The notes below the pieces were generated by a model. The model worked only from the letters and a program-made list of their open reading frames with translations. It was not told where the DNA came from and did not search any database. From Gammaproteobacteria bacterium (GTDB lineage Bacteria; Pseudomonadota; Gammaproteobacteria; Eutrophobiales; Eutrophobiaceae), in assembly GCA_965116495.1 (NCBI GenBank), contig OZ220696.1, forward strand, positions 2,368,001-2,432,000: DNA of 64,000 nt, in the 5' to 3' direction. Both the position numbers and the translations under genes were made by a program. Of the stretch, positions 39,932-50,124 are shown one piece after another (position 1 is the first letter of the stretch; each line of letters starts with the position of its first letter).

Positions 39932-41793
39932 CAGACTTTGCGGCGCGCCCGGTGAATACCCGCAAACAGGGCAAGCAGCGCGATGATTAAGGGTATCAAT
40001 CCGATATTGATAAATTTGAGCTGCGTACCCAGGCGCTCTATATTCTTTTGCAACTCGTGCTGGACCGCGCGTAATTCCTTCCGGGTCCTGATTTGCTGAA
40101 GCCGGAACTTTTCAATTTCGGCGGCCTGTTCCTGGGTCAGTAGCAACGCGCCTTCGCCGCCTTCCTGTTGCAACTGGGCAATTTTCTGTTCCGTTTCTTC
40201 CAGACGGGTCTGTAATTCCTGCTCCTGTTCGCGGAACTGGGTTTCCGCATCCCGGCGTATCTCCTCAACCACGGTAAACGGCCGGGAAAATTCGCCCCGG
40301 CTGCGCAGGCTTATCAGGTCGGTGTTGCCCGCCAGGTTATCCAGGGTATTGACGACAAAGTCGCCATTATTGGCAATACTCTGGGGAATTTGCACACCGA
40401 AGAAACTTTGCCGCCTGATCCAGAAATGATCCGCCAGGATATCGGTATCCCCGACCAGCACGGCATCGATCCTGCCCTCCTTGATCACATCATCCATGGA
40501 GGCTGTGTCCCCTTCCCCATCATCTTCCGGCAAGCCATCGGGGTATGCGCTGGGGACATTACCGCTGATTCTTGCCGCAAGCACCAGGGCTTTATTCTCC
40601 GCTTCGAAATTGGCCAGCATTACATTAGGATCCCGTTGAAAGAAAATCAGGTCTCTTTCCATTTTCATCGAGTCCGTGGTGGTCTGCAGCAGCGGCGTGA
40701 ATTCAATGGTCGCATCTTCCAGCCGTTCGATTATGCCCGCGGTACCCATGTGGATCAGGTTCAACTCACTGGTGCTGAAGTCCTCACGGTTCAAGTTGTC
40801 GATACCCAGTTGCATCCAGGGCAGATAGTTACTCTCCTGGGGGCCGCGGGCGCCCTGGGTCTGCACCCTCATGGCCAGGTTGATATCTGCGGCAATTTTG
40901 CCCGGGTCGACTTCCAGGCCCCAGCCATCCAGCAGAATTTTCAGGTTGGAGGACATATCCGGCATGACATACGGGTTTGCCGGGTCCGGTTCGGGATTGT
41001 CCCCCTCAGCCAGGGGATCCACAAATAACATGGCATGGCCCCCTTCAAGTAAATACTGGTCTATGGCAAACAAGGTCCGTTCGGTAAGCCCTTTGGGGTG
41101 CACGACCATCAATACGTCCACGTCTTCATCGATCCGGTCGGTACTGACACCGAGATTGCGCACTTCGAAGAACTCCTCCATGATATCAATGATAGCCCAG
41201 CGTTCCATGATGCCCTGTGCGGGATTGCCGAACAACGGCAGGCCCGACATGACGCCGACCACGCGCTTTTCCGGGTTGGCGAGGCCGTAAATCAGCTTGG
41301 TAATGTCGTACTCCAGCGCCTGTTCCCGACTTGCCTGGAAGAATGGAATATTGGCTTCATCATCAGTAGAGTTGACGCCTACCAAACCGAAGTAGGCGCG
41401 GTCACCGGCAGCATTAATGGAAATCCCGTTTAACCCGCTGGCCACGGCCTGGTCTTCTTCCTCAGAGAAAGGCTCCGGTTCGATGACGGTCAATTCAATC
41501 TTGCCGGCCGATTTCGCAGCATATTCTTCCAGCAGGTCACGTACCCTGACGGCGTAGTTCATCAGTTGCGGGAAGTCTGCCAGGGTTTTTCGGGACAGGT
41601 AGAAATCCAGGGAAATGGGTTCTTCCAGCGTGGTGATAATGTTAATCGTGCCCGGTGACAAGGTAAAAAGTTTGTTTTCCGTCAGGTCAAGCCGGACTCC
41701 GGTAAACAGGTTGTTGCTGATTATTATCAGGGCCACCGCCAGTACGGCCGCCACCAGGATGCCCGAGCCGGATATGAGATGTCTATAGTTCAT
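39931..41793 (-). CDS. GldG-like ABC transporter auxiliary component
   Basis: RLDLTENKLFTLS, LEYDITKLI, AIDQYLL, NLAGNTDLISLRSR. Confidence 0.9.
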   Translation of the reverse strand: MNYRHLISGSGILVAAVLAVALIIISNNLFTGVRLDLTENKLFTLSPGTINIITTLEEPISLDFYLSRKTLADFPQLMNYAVRVRDLLEEYAAKSAGKIELTVIEPEPFSEEEDQAVASGLNGISINAAGDRAYFGLVGVNSTDDEANIPFFQASREQALEYDITKLIYGLANPEKRVVGVMSGLPLFGNPAQGIMERWAIIDIMEEFFEVRNLGVSTDRIDEDVDVLMVVHPKGLTERTLFAIDQYLLEGGHAMLFVDPLAEGDNPEPDPANPYVMPDMSSNLKILLDGWGLEVDPGKIAADINLAMRVQTQGARGPQESNYLPWMQLGIDNLNREDFSTSELNLIHMGTAGIIERLEDATIEFTPLLQTTTDSMKMERDLIFFQRDPNVMLANFEAENKALVLAARISGNVPSAYPDGLPEDDGEGDTASMDDVIKEGRIDAVLVGDTDILADHFWIRRQSFFGVQIPQSIANNGDFVVNTLDNLAGNTDLISLRSRGEFSRPFTVVEEIRRDAETQFREQEQELQTRLEETEQKIAQLQQEGGEGALLLTQEQAAEIEKFRLQQIRTRKELRAVQHELQKNIERLGTQLKFINIGLIPLIIALLALFAGIHRARRKV

Positions 41794-41802
41794 GCCAGCT
41801 CC

Positions 41803-42540
41803 TCAATGGGCCTTACGGGAATCGATAACCACGACGTTGGCATACAGCCAGAAGGAGATAAGCACGAGATAATAAATAATGTCGCGCAAATCTATCACAC
41901 CTTTGTTGATGGAATCGAAGTGGGTCAGAAAACTGAGCGATGAGATTACTTCCACCAGGGCCTGGGGCGCCCAGCCCTGGAAAAAATCCAGTACCAGCGG
42001 AAAGCCGCTGAGGATGAAAAGGAAGCAGATCACGACACTGACCACGAAAGCAATCACCTGGCTTTTTGACAAGGCGGAGATACAGGAACCGATGGCCAGA
42101 AAACCGCCGGCCATCAACAGGCTGCCGAGGTAACCGGCGAGAATAACGGCGTTATCCGGTTCGCCCAGGTAATTTACGGTGATCCACATGGGAAAAGTCA
42201 GTACCAGGGCGATTGCCGTAAAACACCATGCAGCAAGATATTTGCCCAGCACCGCGTCCGTGACGGAAATCGGCAGTGTCATCAGCAGTTCAATGGTGCC
42301 GGACTTCCTCTCTTCAGACCAGAGCCGCATGGCTATTGCTGGTATCAGGAACAGGTAAAGCCACGGATGAAACCGGAAAAAAGGCTCCAGGTCGGCCTGG
42401 CCGCGTTCATAGAAAGCTCCCAGGTAAAAACTGAATATACCGGTCAGGAACAGGAAGATAATAATAAAGACATAGGCGACGGGAGTATGGAAATAACCAT
42501 ACAATTCACGTTTGAATATGGCCCTGATATTTTTGTTCAT
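41803..42540 (-). CDS. ABC transporter permease (GldF-like)
   Basis: PVAYVF, PAIAMRLWSEERKSGTIELLMTLP. Confidence 0.92.
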   Translation of the reverse strand: MNKNIRAIFKRELYGYFHTPVAYVFIIIFLFLTGIFSFYLGAFYERGQADLEPFFRFHPWLYLFLIPAIAMRLWSEERKSGTIELLMTLPISVTDAVLGKYLAAWCFTAIALVLTFPMWITVNYLGEPDNAVILAGYLGSLLMAGGFLAIGSCISALSKSQVIAFVVSVVICFLFILSGFPLVLDFFQGWAPQALVEVISSLSFLTHFDSINKGVIDLRDIIYYLVLISFWLYANVVVIDSRKAH

Positions 42541-43307
42541 GACTGGGCTGCCTCTCCCTGGCTGGAATAGAACCTGCTGGTGATGGTACGGAACGCGTCA
42601 TCATAGTCATTGATCCCTGACTGCGCCCGCAGTTCAGACGGCGTGCCGTCAAACAGGATGCGGCCGGCGGCAATAATAATTGCCCGGCTGCATACGGCAT
42701 CGACCTCCTCCAGGATATGGGTGGAAATGACGATTGCCTTGTTCTCGGCCATCTCCTTGATCAGGCTTCTTACTTCATGCTTCTGGTTGGGATCCAGGCC
42801 GTCCGTGGGTTCGTCCATGACCAGTACATCAGGGTCGTGCAACAGGGCCTGGGCCACCCCGACCCGGCGTTTGAACCCTTTGGACAGGGTCTCGACGGTC
42901 TGGTCCAGAACGGTATCAAGGTGGATCTGGTCGATGACCTTATCGATCCGTTGTTGTTTTTCCGGGCCGTCAAAACCGCGTATCTCCGCTATGAATTTCA
43001 GAAATCGGATGACCGTCATCTCCGCATAGGCAGGCGCGCCTTCAGGCAGGTAGCCGATGGATGCCTTAACGCTGATAGGATCCGTCAGGACGTCATGCCC
43101 GTTTACCAGCACCGTACCATCGGTCGGTTCCAGGAAACCGGTGATCATCTTCATGGTGGTGGACTTGCCCGCGCCGTTCGGTCCCAGGAATCCCAGGACC
43201 TCGCCATGGCTTACGGAGAAAGATACATCCCGTACGGCATGAATAGGGCCGAAGCGTTTATCCAGCCCCCTGACCTCAATGGCCGGCGACCTGTCATTCA
43301 CTGTCAT
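42537..43307 (-). CDS. ABC transporter ATP-binding protein (GldA-like)
   Basis: GPNGAGKST, LSKGFKRR, DEPTDGLDP, STH. Confidence 0.95.
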   Translation of the reverse strand: MTVNDRSPAIEVRGLDKRFGPIHAVRDVSFSVSHGEVLGFLGPNGAGKSTTMKMITGFLEPTDGTVLVNGHDVLTDPISVKASIGYLPEGAPAYAEMTVIRFLKFIAEIRGFDGPEKQQRIDKVIDQIHLDTVLDQTVETLSKGFKRRVGVAQALLHDPDVLVMDEPTDGLDPNQKHEVRSLIKEMAENKAIVISTHILEEVDAVCSRAIIIAAGRILFDGTPSELRAQSGINDYDDAFRTITSRFYSSQGEAAQS

Positions 43308-43428
43308 AATCCGTAGTCAGCTAATTATTTCGATTAACGGGGTTTGTTACTGCCCAGGCAGAAAACCTGTGAGATGCGTTATTCTGCATATTTATCAGGA
43401 ATCGTCAACCCGTAGAATAAACTTTTCG

Positions 43429-44292
43429 CTATTTTCGGGGTCTTTTCAGTCGATACAGGGCAGAAATGTCTTCATCGCCGTATCCCTGCTCCATCAATTG
43501 CTCGTATTGCTCGAGGGTGGTATCAACCAGCGGCAGTGAGATATTATCCAGGCCCTTTGTCATGGCTTTACAGATGGCCAGGTCCTTGTGGTGCAGGTTC
43601 AGCTTGAACCCGGTAGCGTTATCATCGACCAGCATGGTCTTGCCGCGATGGTCCAGGAACCAGTTCCCGGCGGCGCCCTTCGCCACAACGTCCACGACCT
43701 TGTTCATGTCCAGCCCCATGGCCTCGCCGAAGGACAGCGCCTCGGTCACAGCCTGGTTGACGCCGGCGCACATGATCTGGTTCACCGCCTTACAGGCCTG
43801 GCCGCTGCCGTTGGAGCCTATCAGGGTAATCGTGGCGGCAATCGAACCCAGTGTATCTTCCGCCCTGGCCAGCACCTCGGCATCGCCGCCTGCCATCATG
43901 GCCAGGGTACCGTTTTTAGCCCCTTCCACGCCGCCGGAAACGGGACAGTCCAGGAAAGCCACGTTTTTTTCCGCCAATATACCCGCGGCCCGTTGCGCCG
44001 TGGCGCTGCTAACGGTGGACGTGTCCACGACAATCGTGCCGGCGGCTACGGATAAGGCAACCTGCTCCACCATTTCCAGTACGTCCGCATCCCTGGACAC
44101 ACAGAGGATTACCAGTTCACATTCCGACGCCAGTCGCGCCGGTGATTCAAACAGTATTACGCCGGTCTGCACGGCGATCCGTTCCGCCTTGCCGCGGGTA
44201 CGGTTCCATACCCCATGCAGGCGCCCTGCCTTGTGCAGGTTCAAAGCCATGCCGCTGCCCATGGCACCGAGGCCGATTACTCCGGTTTTCAT
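43429..44292 (-). CDS. Beta-hydroxyacid dehydrogenase (3-hydroxyisobutyrate/GarR family)
   Basis: IGLGAMG, DCPVSGG, GQACKAVNQ, KDL. Confidence 0.92.
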   Translation of the reverse strand: MKTGVIGLGAMGSGMALNLHKAGRLHGVWNRTRGKAERIAVQTGVILFESPARLASECELVILCVSRDADVLEMVEQVALSVAAGTIVVDTSTVSSATAQRAAGILAEKNVAFLDCPVSGGVEGAKNGTLAMMAGGDAEVLARAEDTLGSIAATITLIGSNGSGQACKAVNQIMCAGVNQAVTEALSFGEAMGLDMNKVVDVVAKGAAGNWFLDHRGKTMLVDDNATGFKLNLHHKDLAICKAMTKGLDNISLPLVDTTLEQYEQLMEQGYGDEDISALYRLKRPRK

Positions 44293-44358
44293 CTTTCTAT
44301 TATAACCAAAGAGGACGCCGAGGGCACAGAGGAGAAGACCCGGTTGGGGGAACTCGTC

Positions 44359-44383
44359 ATACCGGACAGGGATTGTCCGGTAT
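44359..44383. repeat. REP-like palindrome
   Basis: ATACCGGACA-GGGAT-TGTCCGGTAT, perfect 10-bp stem. Confidence 0.55.
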
Positions 44384-44487
44384 CCAGTAACAAGGATGTG
44401 AAGCAGGGCTTCTCTTGGTATTGCACTACCGGCATTCCAGGACTACACTCGACATAAATAAGTATTCTTAGGGAGAGGATTTTGGCC

Positions 44488-44670
44488 ATGTTCAAGATCA
44501 GGCAACGTTCCAGAGAGGAAGTATCCGAGCTTCTTGAAGATGCCGCGAGAAGGTTCTTTCAGGATCCGAAGGCCCAGGAAATTCTGAGAGCTGAACCTGA
44601 AACCAGTAAAATGCTTGATGAGGCACTCGAACGGCAACAACTCAGGGAGAATAGTCAGCCGACGCTATAA
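44488..44670 (+). CDS. Small hypothetical helical protein
   Basis: SD GGAGAGG 9 nt before the ATG; charged amphipathic 60 aa. Confidence 0.45.
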   Translation: MFKIRQRSREEVSELLEDAARRFFQDPKAQEILRAEPETSKMLDEALERQQLRENSQPTL

Positions 44671-44733
44671 CAGGTTGATTGAAAACAAGTATGAAAAGGA
44701 AATTTCGCAACGCTATCAAAATAGCTGCAACTA

Positions 44734-45696
44734 TCAGGAAGGATGACCGTCGCGACGTGCTGATCGATCTCCTGATACATCATTTATCCAGCCGTCGTCC
44801 GAAGTCCAACGTCCTGGCATTTGACGCTCGTCGATAGCTCCATGAGCCGCCGGCATAATGAAGTCACCGATCTCGCGAATGACTGTGGGCAAATCCGGTT
44901 CGTCGATCAGTAGCGGCTCGCGTGCGAGGAAGGAGCGCCACTGCTGCACCTTTTGGGGATCGTCTGAAAAGATGCCGGTCAACGAAGGGGGACGTTCGCG
45001 TGGAACGGCAGTCGCCCGCCTCTCAAACGTAGCCTGTATCGCGGCGGCGAGCGTTACGCCTTTGAAGGCGAAGAGCCGTGACATCGCGAGAAGGTCGTAG
45101 AAGTCTTTCATCCTGCTGTTTGCGAGATCCAGCGCCACTATCGCTTCGAACTTCTCGGCGGCCACAGTGTCACGCGGATAGGCGTAGAGCACGGGCGCCG
45201 GCTGATCCAGAAGAACCGGAAATTCGAGCTCCAATGGGCCAGGCGTCACGGCGTCCCCAAAACCAATATCGACCTGAACCGGGATGACGGCGGTAGCGAG
45301 GCGCGCCGATGTACGCAACCGAAGACCTCCATATATCCGGTCGTCGCGAATCTGTTCGGCAACGATGTGCTCTGTAGCGAAGATCAATCCATCCTCATCA
45401 ACCGCTTGAGTACAAATGTCGCGGAAAATCGCCACGAGAGGCTCGATTTCGCGGCTCTCTAAGGAAAGAATATCCAGATCGCGCGTCGTTTGAAAAGGGT
45501 CTTCGAGCCAAGCAGCATAAAGCATGGCGCCTTTGAGAACGAAACGATTTTTGTGAGGCGAGACACTCAGGCGGAAGAGAAGCCTTTCCAACGCATAGCG
45601 CGTCAGTATGCGCTGGAAATTCGCCTGTTTCTTCCTAGCGACGTTTTGAAGCCGCGCACGCACCGAAGCGCCGATATTCGTCACTTCACGCGCCAT
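44734..45696 (-). CDS. abiEii: AbiEii nucleotidyltransferase toxin (type IV TA)
   Basis: ERLLFRL, FVLKGAML, TRDLDIL, DIGFGD, AEKFEA, NSRMKDFYDL. Confidence 0.92.
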   Translation of the reverse strand: MAREVTNIGASVRARLQNVARKKQANFQRILTRYALERLLFRLSVSPHKNRFVLKGAMLYAAWLEDPFQTTRDLDILSLESREIEPLVAIFRDICTQAVDEDGLIFATEHIVAEQIRDDRIYGGLRLRTSARLATAVIPVQVDIGFGDAVTPGPLELEFPVLLDQPAPVLYAYPRDTVAAEKFEAIVALDLANSRMKDFYDLLAMSRLFAFKGVTLAAAIQATFERRATAVPRERPPSLTGIFSDDPQKVQQWRSFLAREPLLIDEPDLPTVIREIGDFIMPAAHGAIDERQMPGRWTSDDGWINDVSGDRSARRDGHPS

Positions 45697-46312
45697 CAGC
45701 GACCACCATTTCGAGGTAAGGCTGCAGAACCGACCAGATACGGGTAGCGCGGGCGTATCGAACAATCTCTACCGGTTTGACCTTGCCCGACCTTATGACA
45801 TTGTGGAGGCCTTCAAGCGCAACATCGAAACCGATGTACTTCCTGAATCGAAAACAATCCACCACTGTTTTTGCTGGGTCGAAGATAGGCACCGGCACGC
45901 CATCGATGGTGTGGGTTTGGACGCCGATCGAAAGCGTCTGCATCCCAAACCGTACAACTCGGGTCGGGGGGTATTCGATCTTGGGCTTGCGCGCCTTTGG
46001 GCCTATAGCAAGCCAGACTCGGCTCGGCGTCTGGAGCGTGAGTTCGTGGAACTGAAGGGCAGAGACAAGGCAGATGACCCCTTTCGGCACAAGCTTCGCG
46101 ACCTCGGCCAGGTCATGTGGCGCTGTGATGTCGGCATCGGTGAGTTGGTAGAGCCCGCGGGTAACGCGGGTGAGGATTTCTTCCCCCAGCAGCCGCGAGA
46201 GAGTTTCCGGGTGGACACCAGCGTTGCTCAGCTCAATGCGACGCATGGCACCGCGCTCCTTGAGAAGCTCGACAACCCGATCTCTCTGCGATATCTTGGT
46301 TATAGCTACCAT
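45686..46312 (-). CDS. abiEi: AbiEi antitoxin (winged HTH + AbiEi domain)
   Basis: RGLYQL, ICLVSALQFHELT, PAKTVVDCFRFR; overlaps the toxin start. Confidence 0.9.
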   Translation of the reverse strand: MVAITKISQRDRVVELLKERGAMRRIELSNAGVHPETLSRLLGEEILTRVTRGLYQLTDADITAPHDLAEVAKLVPKGVICLVSALQFHELTLQTPSRVWLAIGPKARKPKIEYPPTRVVRFGMQTLSIGVQTHTIDGVPVPIFDPAKTVVDCFRFRKYIGFDVALEGLHNVIRSGKVKPVEIVRYARATRIWSVLQPYLEMVVADGA

Positions 46313-46360
46313 GTGACTAAACGTCGGTTGTTGGGTTCCAACTTCCGACATTTTGTCACA
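46312..46360. promoter_or_regulatory. Inverted repeat, probable AbiEi operator
   Basis: TGTGACTAAACGTCGG ... CCGACATTTTGTCACA (14/16 match) directly upstream of the ATG. Confidence 0.65.
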
Positions 46361-46477
46361 AACTCATCTACCAGGAAAGCAAAAGGAACGCAGCCAGATT
46401 GCTTCTCAACAAAAACGACACAGCTCTGTATTAACTTGAAGCAATTTCGCTAAGATGGTTTGATATGATTATCGTAT

Positions 46478-47810
46478 CACTAGTGTCCGGAATATCCGAT
46501 GAAGATTAAATTTAACTTACTGTAATTCATCATCTATTACTGTTTTTATGGGTGTCACCGACTTGAACTGCCAACCCCACTTATATCAAGCTCTCCCATA
46601 CCATAGCAAGATGGGAGCCCACACACATGTACCACGGCAAACTGATCTTTGCCCAGGCAATCGATCATCTTCCCCACCATACCCTGCGTCGCTGTATTCA
46701 ACGCTACCAGGGCAATCATCACGTCAAACGCTTCAGTTGCCAGGACCAGTATCGCTGTATGGCCTTTGCGCAACTCACCTATCGCGAGAGCCTGCGCGCT
46801 ATCGAAGCCTGCCTGCGCGCCCAAAGCAACAAACTCTATCATATGGGCATACGCAGCACGGTGTCCCGCAGTACCCTGGCCGACGCCAACGAGCAACGCG
46901 ACTGGCGTATATACGCCGACGTTGCACAATCCCTGATACACACCGCGCGTCGCCTCTATCTCAACCACAGCTTCGGCGTCGAACTCGACAACACGGTCTA
47001 CGCACTCGATGCCACGACCATCGACCTATGTCTCTCCGTGTTCCCCTGGGCACACTTTCGCCGCACCAAAGGCGCGGTAAAAGTACACACATTACTGGAC
47101 CTGCGTGGCAATATCCCCACGTTTATCCATGTTTCACCGGGCAAACTGCACGACGTCAAGGTGCTCGATACCTTGCTGCCGGAGCCCGGCGCATTCTATA
47201 TCATGGACCGCGCCTACCTCGACTTCGAGCGACTGCATCGGCTCACGCTGGCCTCGTCCTGCTTCGTTATCCGGGCCAAATCCAATCTCAAGTTTCGTCG
47301 TCTTTACTCCCGGCAGGTCGACAAGACCACCGGACTGCGTTGCGACCAGACCGGCGTGCTGACCGGCTTCTACTCGTCCCAGCGCTATCCCGATACACTG
47401 CGTCGGATCAGGTATCACGATGCAAACACCGGCAAAAAACTGGTGTTTCTCACCAACAACGTTACCCTGCCGGCACGCACCATCACCGAGTTGTACCAAT
47501 GCCGTTGGCAGGTCGAATTGTTCTTCAAATGGATCAAACAACACCTGCGCATCAAGTCGTTCTTCGGCACCTCAGAGAACGCGGTGAAGACGCAGATATG
47601 GATAGCTGTCTCCGTGTACGTGCTGGTCGCGATCATCAAGAAGCGCCTGAACTGCGACATGAGTCTCTACACAATTCTACAGATTTTAAGCTTGACACTT
47701 TTCGAAAGAACTCCTTTAAATCAACTACTTATCAATTGTGAGGCTGACATGAATTATGACCCTTTCTCTAACCAATTGAATTTATTCGACTAATATTCCG
47801 GACACTAGTG
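46478..47810 (+). mobile_element. IS4-family insertion sequence (1333 bp), distinct from the 6757 element
   Basis: Perfect 18-bp IRs CACTAGTGTCCGGAATAT; flanks are not duplicated. Confidence 0.92.
46627..47793 (+). CDS. IS4-family DDE transposase
   Basis: YALDATTIDLC, YIMDRAY, RWQVELFFKWIKQHL. Confidence 0.95.
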   Translation: MYHGKLIFAQAIDHLPHHTLRRCIQRYQGNHHVKRFSCQDQYRCMAFAQLTYRESLRAIEACLRAQSNKLYHMGIRSTVSRSTLADANEQRDWRIYADVAQSLIHTARRLYLNHSFGVELDNTVYALDATTIDLCLSVFPWAHFRRTKGAVKVHTLLDLRGNIPTFIHVSPGKLHDVKVLDTLLPEPGAFYIMDRAYLDFERLHRLTLASSCFVIRAKSNLKFRRLYSRQVDKTTGLRCDQTGVLTGFYSSQRYPDTLRRIRYHDANTGKKLVFLTNNVTLPARTITELYQCRWQVELFFKWIKQHLRIKSFFGTSENAVKTQIWIAVSVYVLVAIIKKRLNCDMSLYTILQILSLTLFERTPLNQLLINCEADMNYDPFSNQLNLFD

Positions 47811-48571
47811 ATTTCTTTAATAATTTTTTCGATTGGATCATAACCAAGACGACCACTTATCACACTCCAACCACTAAACATCTGCCATAAAAACCCGATC
47901 AAGATATTATCATCCTCACGATATGGTTCGACGTTGGGTGGCTGGAGATTTTCCATCTTTAATATGTCTATCTGTAGGAGTTTCAGAATGTTAAGCTCTT
48001 GACTACTAAGCATTTTGTAATTTTGTAATACAAAATCTATCTGTTTTGAAAGTAGTTGTAGATTTGAAATAATTTCTTTGAATTCCATGCCATCCTTACC
48101 AAGTCCATTTTGAAACGCATACCATCCTTCATCTGCTTCATTTCCTCCCGCAAAGACAGATCTAAACCCGTCAACAGTCATTAAGCTATCTATTGTGTCA
48201 CTATCATTAGTGATACCCTGAATTCCTCCTTTTCTACTGGCACAAATAATCTCGACCAAAATATCACGTTTAATAATTACATACATCTTGTGGAGGTTGG
48301 ATTTGATTATGAAATGTCTACGACGCTCTGGTATATTGACAACTAAGTAATAAAAGAAAATAGATATGATAACTCCAGGGAGAAAAGTTGATGTTATTCT
48401 ATGAAATTCTTCCCACGTATTGTGTGTTAAATCTGAATATTGGTTAATGTGATAGCATTCGAAAATCGCGTACAGTGCAATGGTTATTATCAGACATAGC
48501 AAAGTCTTCGAAAGGACAACATAGGTACAACATTCAAAGTAAGACTGGTATTTTTTTTCGTTGCGAATCAT
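47768..48571 (-). CDS. AT-rich hypothetical protein with two N-terminal TMs; 3' end runs into the IS
   Basis: 267-aa ORF whose last about 14 codons and stop lie inside the IS4 right end. Confidence 0.65.
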   Translation of the reverse strand: MIRNEKKYQSYFECCTYVVLSKTLLCLIITIALYAIFECYHINQYSDLTHNTWEEFHRITSTFLPGVIISIFFYYLVVNIPERRRHFIIKSNLHKMYVIIKRDILVEIICASRKGGIQGITNDSDTIDSLMTVDGFRSVFAGGNEADEGWYAFQNGLGKDGMEFKEIISNLQLLSKQIDFVLQNYKMLSSQELNILKLLQIDILKMENLQPPNVEPYREDDNILIGFLWQMFSGWSVISGRLGYDPIEKIIKEITSVRNISRINSIG

Positions 48572-48834
48572 GTCACACAGTCCTAAATATATTTCCTGAT
48601 TCCTTTCTTACTCAATTACCACCAGCAGGCTGTCAGGTATCAACCACGTAGTTGGGACTGACGACTACTTGTTTCACGATGCCGCTCTTCCCGGCAGAAT
48701 CGTAGATTGCATTTTCGCGGGGCTTTGGGCCAGAATCGATTCTGTCCTGATCATAAACTGCCATCTTACCATAGTAGACAAGCATCTATTTTAAACCTTG
48801 CATTTTCAAAGTCTATATTTTAAACTGCTATGTA

Positions 48835-50088
48835 ATGAAACGGCAATATCACAAACTCATCGAGGATTACCTCAGCTATTTTCCCTGTGTTGTTATCGTC
48901 GGCGCACGGCAGACCGGCAAAAGCACATTGCTCAGGATGGTGGATGACAAACGGGAACTGTTTGACCTGGAAAGCCGGGCGGATTTCGACCAGGTTGCCC
49001 GGGACCCGGACTTGTTTTTACGTCTCCACGACAAACCCATTGCCATCGACGAAGCGCAACTTTTACCGGCATTATTTCCTGCGCTCAGGGTTGCCATAGA
49101 CAGGGACCGCCAGACTTTGGGAAAATATCTGCTATCCGGTTCCAGTTCACCGGAATTGTTGACGGACATTGCCGAATCCCTGGCCGGACGGGTGGGTATT
49201 ATCGAACTGGCACCATTCAGTTTTTCCGAAACGCAGGAGGTTGATACGCCGCACCTGTTGCAGTTGTTTGCCGATGGATTTGACCCGAACAGCCTCAGGG
49301 GACTGGCTGTCCCCGCAGAAACCGGCGGGTTCGAACAGGCGCTTGTGCGCTACTGGTTGCAGGGCGGTTATCCCGAACCCTGGTTGCGGAAACTGGGCAA
49401 GTTTCAGGAAGTCTGGCGGGAACAATACCTGAAAACCTATATAGAGCGGGATATTACACGCCTGTTTCCGCGCCTTAACCCGGTACGGTTTCGACGTTTT
49501 GTCGAGCTGCTGGCGGGTTGTTCCGGGTCGATAATCAACTACTCCAATATCGCCGGCCTGCTGGACGTGTCGCAACCCACAGCGAAAGACTATTTCAGGA
49601 TTGCCCACGGCGCCTTTATCTGGCGACAACTCCCGCCTTACCATAAAAAACCGGGTAAACGTGTGTCAAAACATCCACGCGGGTATTTGCGCGACACCGG
49701 CCTGTTGCACCATATCCTGCAAATACCAGGCCATAAACGCCTGTTGTCTCATCCGCAAATGGGCGCGAGTTGGGAAGGACTGCTGATCGAGGAATTACTG
49801 CGCACACTCAGCGCGGCAGGCGTGCGGCATACTGCATATTATTATCGCACTGCCGGTGGAGCCGAGGTAGATCTGGTACTGGAAGGTCCATTCGGTCTGA
49901 TCCCTTTTGAAATCAAGCATACCCAGAACGTAAACCCGCGTCACCTGCGAGGTATCAGGGATTTTATCCGCGGATTCAATTGCCCTTTTGGCATCGTTAT
50001 CAATAATGATGAGAAAGTCAGGGTATATGACGAGAAATTGTTTGGGGTACCCTTCGCCTTGCTGGTGACACAGCCGCGTCATTCGTAA
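48835..50088 (+). CDS. AAA+ ATPase with DUF4143 (COG1373)
   Basis: GARQTGKST, IDEAQ, LSGSS, GGYP, YLRDTGL, EVDLV..FEIK. Confidence 0.92.
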   Translation: MKRQYHKLIEDYLSYFPCVVIVGARQTGKSTLLRMVDDKRELFDLESRADFDQVARDPDLFLRLHDKPIAIDEAQLLPALFPALRVAIDRDRQTLGKYLLSGSSSPELLTDIAESLAGRVGIIELAPFSFSETQEVDTPHLLQLFADGFDPNSLRGLAVPAETGGFEQALVRYWLQGGYPEPWLRKLGKFQEVWREQYLKTYIERDITRLFPRLNPVRFRRFVELLAGCSGSIINYSNIAGLLDVSQPTAKDYFRIAHGAFIWRQLPPYHKKPGKRVSKHPRGYLRDTGLLHHILQIPGHKRLLSHPQMGASWEGLLIEELLRTLSAAGVRHTAYYYRTAGGAEVDLVLEGPFGLIPFEIKHTQNVNPRHLRGIRDFIRGFNCPFGIVINNDEKVRVYDEKLFGVPFALLVTQPRHS

Positions 50089-50124
50089 TGACATGACACA
50101 GGGATCATCGAGCGCCTCACAACA

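Noticed and set aside
38828-43307. Gliding-motility function for the Gld-like ABC operon
   Set aside because: The operon is widespread in non-gliding proteobacteria; no other gliding genes are present
46548-47741. 397-aa alternative-frame ORF over the IS4 transposase
   Set aside because: Arg/Pro-rich with no motifs, and the equivalent frame is not open throughout the other IS4
6757-47810. Composite transposon bounded by the two IS4 elements
   Set aside because: The IRs and transposases differ, the first has its own TSD, and core genes lie between them
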